This document shows positions 58,623 to 64,000 of a stretch of 64,000 nucleotides of DNA, piece by piece. Where the stretch lies: NCBI GenBank assembly GCA_963758495.1, contig CAVWVI010000004.1, positions 864,001 to 928,000 of the forward strand. The letters run 5' to 3'. The translations under genes were made by a program, and so were the position numbers. The DNA is from Oligoflexia bacterium (GTDB lineage Bacteria > Bdellovibrionota > UBA1018). The notes below the pieces were generated by a model. It did no database searches. It saw nothing but the letters and a program-made list of their open reading frames with translations, and was not told the DNA's origin. How positions within the stretch are numbered: the first letter of the stretch is position 1; every line of letters begins with the position of its first letter.

Positions 58623-61600
58623 AGTGGCAAAACCTCTAGAGGTCCCTTCCTTTCCTCTCGTATCGCTTCAACCATCATTCGGGCAGCAGATACCACCGTT
58701 GTATAGGGGATTTTTCGCTCCAATGCAGCGCGCCGAATCGAAAAACTATCCCGGATTGCAAACTCATTCGAAGTTGTATTTATAATTAAAGAAAACAGAT
58801 CTTGCTGAATAGCTTCCACACAATGGGGAGAACCTTCACTAAACTTATTGATTCGCTTCACTTCTAAACCATAACCATTCAAAAACTTCTCAGTCCCTAG
58901 AGTCGCCCATAACTGAAACCCTAACTCCCTCAATCCTCTCGCTATCGGTAGAATTTCAGCCTTGTCCTCATCTCGAATGGATAGAAATGCATTACCCTTT
59001 TTTGGAAGCTCTACTCCCGCAGCAACAAGTGCTTTTGCATAAGCGCCCGCAAATGATTTTGCTCGCCCCATCACCTCCCCCGTGGACTTCATTTCCGGCC
59101 CTAGAAGTACATCTACTCCTGGAAATTTATGAAATGGAAATACGGGTACTTTCACGTTGTAGGTTTGAAGATGGATATCTAAATCTTCACGAATTCCTAA
59201 ATCATGTAATGATTTTCCTAGCATGATTTGGACTGCCAGTTTTGCTAGGGGTTTGCCTACTGCCTTACTCACAAAAGGGACTGTTCTCGACGCACGAGGA
59301 TTCACTTCGAGTAAATAAATCCGGTCTCCTTGAATAGCAAATTGCACATTCATCAGTCCGATCACTTTCAATCGCTTAGCCAGTTCTCGAGTATAAGTTC
59401 GGATTCTGTCACAGATCTTCACCGATAAGGTGGCCACAGGCAAAGAACAAGCACTATCTCCTGAATGGATGCCCGCCTCTTCGATATGTTCCATTAAACC
59501 ACCAATAAAGGTTTCTTTTCCATCACTGATAGCGTCCACATCCACTTCGGTAGCTCGATCTAAAAATCGATCAATCAAAACCGGATGGTCATAACTGACA
59601 GAAACTGAGTCTTGAATCCACTGTTCAAGCATACTTTGACTATGTACAATCCTCATTCCCTTCCCACCTAAAACATAAGAAGGTCTGACTAATACCGGAT
59701 ATCCAAGTTTGTTTGCTTGCTGAATGACTTCTTCCTGCGTGCGGGCAATCGTGGCCTCTGGCTGTTCTAAGCCCAAAGGTCTCAAATCACGCATCAGCTC
59801 TTCACACTTACTGCGATCTTCTGCCAAATCGATGCTCGCAGGAGAGGTTCCAAGAATTTTTAACCCACCCCGTTCCAAAGCATGGGCAATTTTTAAAGGA
59901 GTTTGGCCACCAAATTGAACAATCGCACCCAAAGGCTTTTCTATTCGAGCTATATTTAAAACATGCTCTGCCGAAAGCGGTTCAAAATACAACTTATCTG
60001 AAATATCAAAATCTGTACTCACCGTTTCAGGATTTGAATTGACCATGATCGTTTCAATTCCAATACTCCGTAGAGCCATCGCAGCGTGAACACAACAGTA
60101 ATCAAATTCAATCCCCTGGCCAATGCGATTGGGGCCGCCTCCCAGAATCATCACTTTCGATTTTTGCGTAATACGAGACTCATCCTGCCCTCTATAGCTA
60201 CTATAAAGATAAGGAGTTTGAGCTTCAAACTCAGCGGCACACGTATCCACCGATTGGTAAACACTAAAAACACCCAAATTCTCGCGATTGGCTCTCACCT
60301 GTTCTTCACTCAGCCCTAGCACTTGCGAGATAGCATGATCCGTCCAACCTCTCGCCTTGATTTCCCGAAGTTCATCAGCCGGAAGAGGCCATGGCTGAGA
60401 TTTCAATATGCATTCACCCTGGAGGTACTTCGCTATTCTTGAAAGAAACCAAATATTAATATGAGATCGATCGGCAATTTCTTCAAGACCCACTTGCTTC
60501 CGAATTGCATCCGCAATAGCCCAAATTCGCTTCGGATTTCCCTTTTCTATTAAGTCCCATCTCACTTCTGCATTCAGAGGACTCAGGGGAGAAAGCCATG
60601 CGGCATCGACCTCTAGACCTGCAATCGCCTTGCCCAAAGACTCTTCGAATGTCCGACCCATGGCCATGACTTCTCCCACGGATTTCATTTGGATTCCTAA
60701 TACAGGTTCCGAAGGACGAAATTTTTCAAAGTCAAATCGAGGCAATTTTGTAATGACATAATCAATACTCGGCTCAAAACTACACGGGGTCGTTCCCGTA
60801 ATGTCATTTGTCAGCTCATCTAATGTGTAACCCACTGCCAGTTTTGCGGCAACACGAGCAATTGGAAATCCTGTCGCTTTTGAAGCAAGCGCACTCGAAC
60901 GTGAAACACGAGGATTCATTTCAATTACAATGATCCGACCCGTTTTAGGATGGACTGCGAATTGAATATTAGATCCGCCTGTTTCAACACCAATGGCTCG
61001 TATAATTCGAATCGATTGGTCTCTTAGGTTTTGATACTCCCGATCCGTAAGAGTTTGAGCGGGGGCTACCGTAATACTATCTCCCGTATGGACCCCCATA
61101 GGATCAAAATTTTCAATTGAGCAAATAATAATAACATTGTCTCGCTTGTCTCGAACGACTTCGAGTTCGTACTCTTTCCATCCTAATAAGCTTTCCTCGA
61201 TGAGAACCCCTGTCGTGGGGGAGAGAAAAAGTGCCCGTTCTAGTTTTTGTAAAAACTCTTCCTGCGTGGAAACAATGCCACCCCCTTCACCTCCGAGAGT
61301 AAAAGAGGGGCGAAGGATCACAGGCAAACCTAATTCTTTTAAAATTTCGCATCCTTCTTCAACACTTTTGGCAAGCCTGCTTCGAGCACTTTCTACCCCA
61401 ATGCTTTGCATGGTCGCTTTAAAAGCTTCCCGGTCCTCAGCTTTGTGGATCGCTTCTGGAGTGGCTCCCAGAATTTCCACGCCATATTTTTCAAGGATTC
61501 CTGCCTTATGAAGTGCCATCGTCAAATTGAGTGCCGTTTGTCCCCCCATCGTAGGGAGTAAAGCCTGGGGCTTCTCCGCGGCGATAATTCGCTCAACAAA

Positions 61601-61816
61601 CTCAGGATTCAGGGGTTCAAGATATACCCGATTAGACAGCTCTGGGTCGGTCATAATGGTAGCAGGATTTGAATTCAGAAGGACAACTTCATATCCTTCT
61701 TCTTTCAACGCTTTCAGCGCTTGGGTCCCTGAATAATCAAACTCACAGGCCTGCCCAATGACAATCGGCCCACTTCCTATCAAAAGAATCTTATGTATAT
61801 CTTTACGCCTTGGCAT
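58619..61816 (-). CDS. carB: Carbamoyl-phosphate synthase large subunit
   Basis: [62 protein letters not shown] domain. Confidence 0.98.
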   Translation of the reverse strand: MPRRKDIHKILLIGSGPIVIGQACEFDYSGTQALKALKEEGYEVVLLNSNPATIMTDPELSNRVYLEPLNPEFVERIIAAEKPQALLPTMGGQTALNLTMALHKAGILEKYGVEILGATPEAIHKAEDREAFKATMQSIGVESARSRLAKSVEEGCEILKELGLPVILRPSFTLGGEGGGIVSTQEEFLQKLERALFLSPTTGVLIEESLLGWKEYELEVVRDKRDNVIIICSIENFDPMGVHTGDSITVAPAQTLTDREYQNLRDQSIRIIRAIGVETGGSNIQFAVHPKTGRIIVIEMNPRVSRSSALASKATGFPIARVAAKLAVGYTLDELTNDITGTTPCSFEPSIDYVITKLPRFDFEKFRPSEPVLGIQMKSVGEVMAMGRTFEESLGKAIAGLEVDAAWLSPLSPLNAEVRWDLIEKGNPKRIWAIADAIRKQVGLEEIADRSHINIWFLSRIAKYLQGECILKSQPWPLPADELREIKARGWTDHAISQVLGLSEEQVRANRENLGVFSVYQSVDTCAAEFEAQTPYLYSSYRGQDESRITQKSKVMILGGGPNRIGQGIEFDYCCVHAAMALRSIGIETIMVNSNPETVSTDFDISDKLYFEPLSAEHVLNIARIEKPLGAIVQFGGQTPLKIAHALERGGLKILGTSPASIDLAEDRSKCEELMRDLRPLGLEQPEATIARTQEEVIQQANKLGYPVLVRPSYVLGGKGMRIVHSQSMLEQWIQDSVSVSYDHPVLIDRFLDRATEVDVDAISDGKETFIGGLMEHIEEAGIHSGDSACSLPVATLSVKICDRIRTYTRELAKRLKVIGLMNVQFAIQGDRIYLLEVNPRASRTVPFVSKAVGKPLAKLAVQIMLGKSLHDLGIREDLDIHLQTYNVKVPVFPFHKFPGVDVLLGPEMKSTGEVMGRAKSFAGAYAKALVAAGVELPKKGNAFLSIRDEDKAEILPIARGLRELGFQLWATLGTEKFLNGYGLEVKRINKFSEGSPHCVEAIQQDLFSLIINTTSNEFAIRDSFSIRRAALERKIPYTTVVSAARMMVEAIREERKGPLEVLPL

Positions 61817-62032
61817 AGGCGCAGCTTAGTCTCGTGCAGCCTGTAGAATCCAGTCAAAAATTAATCTAAGTGCTAATCTTACAATTGGCGCCCGCGTAAG
61901 CCAGCTACCGAAATAGTGCAGTTCCACCCCTCAAGTCCAAGACTTCGGTATGTTTAAATGACACTTTAAGCATCTTCAAAAACAGATGAAGCAGTCAGTA
62001 GATTGATCGGCCTCGAATTGACCTTCGAGGGC

Positions 62033-63685
62033 TCAATGTTTGTATTTACCTTTTTGTACATTGGCGAGAAATGATTCTACTTTCCGACTCCATAATTTCC
62101 TCTCCAACCAAGATTTTACTTCCTTTTTAGCTTCCACCAATTCCTTAGCTCGATTGCTCACTGCTGGATTGGGATCCTGCGCTAGGCGTAAGAGTTCAGG
62201 TATAAATGGATGTTTCAGAATTTCCTTTGTAGATGGATGCGCTATATCGAGCGCAGTTTTACCATCTTTCCGCTTATAATTCACCTTCGCACCCTGAGTA
62301 ATTAAATATTCAACAACCTCTGACTGGCCTTTATTTGCCGCTAACATAAGAGCGGTAACTCCATCCTTCTCACTAGCATAATTTACGTCGGCTCCCTTTT
62401 CTATCAGGTACTTTGCTATTTCTAGGTGGCCATTATATGCGGCAAGCATAAGGGCAGTATTCCCATAATTCTCAGAATGATTTACGTCTGCTCCCTTTTC
62501 TATCAGGTACTTTGCTATTTCTGTGTGGCCATTTTGTGCCGCCCATATAAGGGCGGTAACTCCATCCTTCTCACGAGCATGATTTACGTCTGCTCCCTTT
62601 TCAACAAGGGACTTTACCTGAGATAGGTTGCCACGTTTTGCCGCTGAAACAAGGTCGTTTGCGCCCTGAGTAAATAAATACTTAACAATCTCTAAGTGGC
62701 CCCAGGATGCCGCCCACATGAGAGCAGTAGTTCCATTCTTATTTGCATGATTTACATCTGCTCCTTTTTCTATCAGGTACTTCGCTATTTCTAGGTGGCC
62801 ATTAATTGCCGCCCACATAAGAGGGGTCACTCCTTTCCAATCTTTATGATTTACGTCTGCTCCCTTTTCTATCAGGTACTTCGCTATTTCTAGGGGGCCA
62901 TTAATTGCCGCCACCATAAGAGCGGTAGCTCCATTCTTCTGAGCATGATTTACATCCGCTCCCTTTTCAACAAGGGCCATTACTTGAGATAGATTGCCAC
63001 TTTTCACCGATGAGGCAAGATCACCCCCTGTAAAAGAAACCCGAGACATACCCTTTTTTTCATCGTGATTTACGCTTGCTCCCTTTTCTATCAGGTACTT
63101 TGCTATTTCTGGGTGGCCTTTTTGTGCCCATATAAGGGCGGTATTTCCATTATTCTGAGCATGATTTACGTCTGCTCCCCTTTCTACCAGATACTTTGCT
63201 ATTTCTGGGTGGCCTTCTTGTGCCGCCCATATAAGGGCGGTAACTCCATCCTTCTCACGAGCATGATTTACGTCTGCTCCCTTTTCTATCAGGTACTTTG
63301 CTATTTCTAGGTGGCCTCTATATGCCGCGAACATAAGGGCGGAACTTCCATCCTTCTTAGTACTTCCATCTTTCTTAGTATGATTTACGTCTGCTCCCTT
63401 TCCTATCAAGTACTTTACTATTTCTAGGTGGCCCCTGTCTGTCGCAACTATAAGGGCAGTAACTCCATCCTTCTCACGAGCATGATTTACGTCTGCTCCC
63501 TTTTCAACAAGGGACTTTACTTGAGATAGGTTGCCACTTCCCGCCGCAGAAAAAAGATCAGTCTCTGCAAATGAAACCTGAGACACAAGCATGAGTGAAA
63601 TGAGAAATACCAAAACCGCTCTTGCACTCTCATTTTTAATCCTTCTCTTAGCGCGCTTTACACTGGAAGTAACTTTATGAATCAT
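62033..63685 (-). CDS. Secreted ankyrin-repeat protein (about 13 repeats)
   Basis: Near-identical G.TAL..AA..GHLEIAKYLIEKGADVNH units; signal ending VSFA. Confidence 0.93.
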   Translation of the reverse strand: MIHKVTSSVKRAKRRIKNESARAVLVFLISLMLVSQVSFAETDLFSAAGSGNLSQVKSLVEKGADVNHAREKDGVTALIVATDRGHLEIVKYLIGKGADVNHTKKDGSTKKDGSSALMFAAYRGHLEIAKYLIEKGADVNHAREKDGVTALIWAAQEGHPEIAKYLVERGADVNHAQNNGNTALIWAQKGHPEIAKYLIEKGASVNHDEKKGMSRVSFTGGDLASSVKSGNLSQVMALVEKGADVNHAQKNGATALMVAAINGPLEIAKYLIEKGADVNHKDWKGVTPLMWAAINGHLEIAKYLIEKGADVNHANKNGTTALMWAASWGHLEIVKYLFTQGANDLVSAAKRGNLSQVKSLVEKGADVNHAREKDGVTALIWAAQNGHTEIAKYLIEKGADVNHSENYGNTALMLAAYNGHLEIAKYLIEKGADVNYASEKDGVTALMLAANKGQSEVVEYLITQGAKVNYKRKDGKTALDIAHPSTKEILKHPFIPELLRLAQDPNPAVSNRAKELVEAKKEVKSWLERKLWSRKVESFLANVQKGKYKH

Positions 63686-63883
63686 TGACTCACCTTTAAA
63701 GGTTGTATTTACAAAAATTATAGCAGTTTTTATTTTATAATAATTTGTTATTTATTTTAACGTATGGAGATAAGGACAAGTATTTTTTGATATTTTGCCG
63801 ACATAGAAGATCTGCCCTATAAAAGTCGACCTCAAACCTAACACTTGAACCCGCTTAAAAATTAATTCGAGTACTAAATTGTA

Positions 63884-63999
63884 GGCTTATCGGTTGATCG
63901 GGGTGAGCCGAGTTATAATATTGAACTGCATTTCCCAAATGAGCTTCATTTGTACTTAATGCGGTATAACCGTAGATCAAAGATCCGATCACCGTAGCC
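63884..63999 (+). ncRNA. Candidate structured RNA / long imperfect hairpin
   Basis: Nested complementary segments: GGCTTATCGGTTGATCGG/CCGATCACCGTAGCC, GTTATA/TATAAC, CTGCATT/AATGCGG, CAAATGA/TCATTTG. Confidence 0.35.
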
Positions 64000-64000
64000 A

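Noticed and set aside
57680..61736. Long antisense ORFs opposite greA and carB (also opposite alaS, lon, ppx and recG elsewhere)
   Set aside because: Shadow frames of conserved genes without motifs or RBS
61820..62030. Possible riboswitch or pyrimidine attenuator upstream of carB
   Set aside because: Only short hairpins (TACCGAA/TTCGGTA, CCTCGAA/TTCGAGG); no recognisable PyrR or riboswitch consensus
62250..63560. Regular DNA repeats of about 100 bp as a CRISPR array or DGR template/variable pair
   Set aside because: They are in-frame ankyrin coding repeats; no unique spacers, cas genes or reverse transcriptase are present
63836..63890. ACCTAAC as an integron attC R'' box
   Set aside because: No matching GTTAGGY R' box and no integrase or cassette array

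Overview
Bacterial chromosome segment. Gene content (TIGR04552-like gene, pgpA-recA-alaS order, many secreted proteins, sigma54 and sigma28 motifs) suggests a Bdellovibrionota/Oligoflexia-like organism; this is inference. Core genes: folK-folP fusion, folC, ilvA, lon-ppk1-ppx, rpoZ, fadD, smpB, fadL-like, rsmA, tsaD, cpoB, pal, ssb, alaS, recA, pgpA, recG, greA, carB. Three tRNAs (Leu-TAG, Arg-TCT, Lys-CTT) are flanked by small accessory islets: toxin-antitoxin pairs, a MITE-like element and an orphan ETR1-like sensor kinase. Main leads: (1) a RelA/SpoT-like nucleotidyltransferase gene coupled to a divergent flavoprotein and a five-module fused Fe-S oxidoreductase; (2) two secreted metalloproteases whose propeptide or inhibitor-like partner is a separate adjacent gene; (3) a signal-peptide-bearing P450 next to an App1-type phosphatase; (4) a dispersed long-hairpin repeat family with four copies; (5) an amber-interrupted DUF4160 toxin; (6) a candidate structured RNA at the right edge. 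No CRISPR array, rRNA, integrase or transposase was seen. All family calls come from motif recognition by eye, not database searches.
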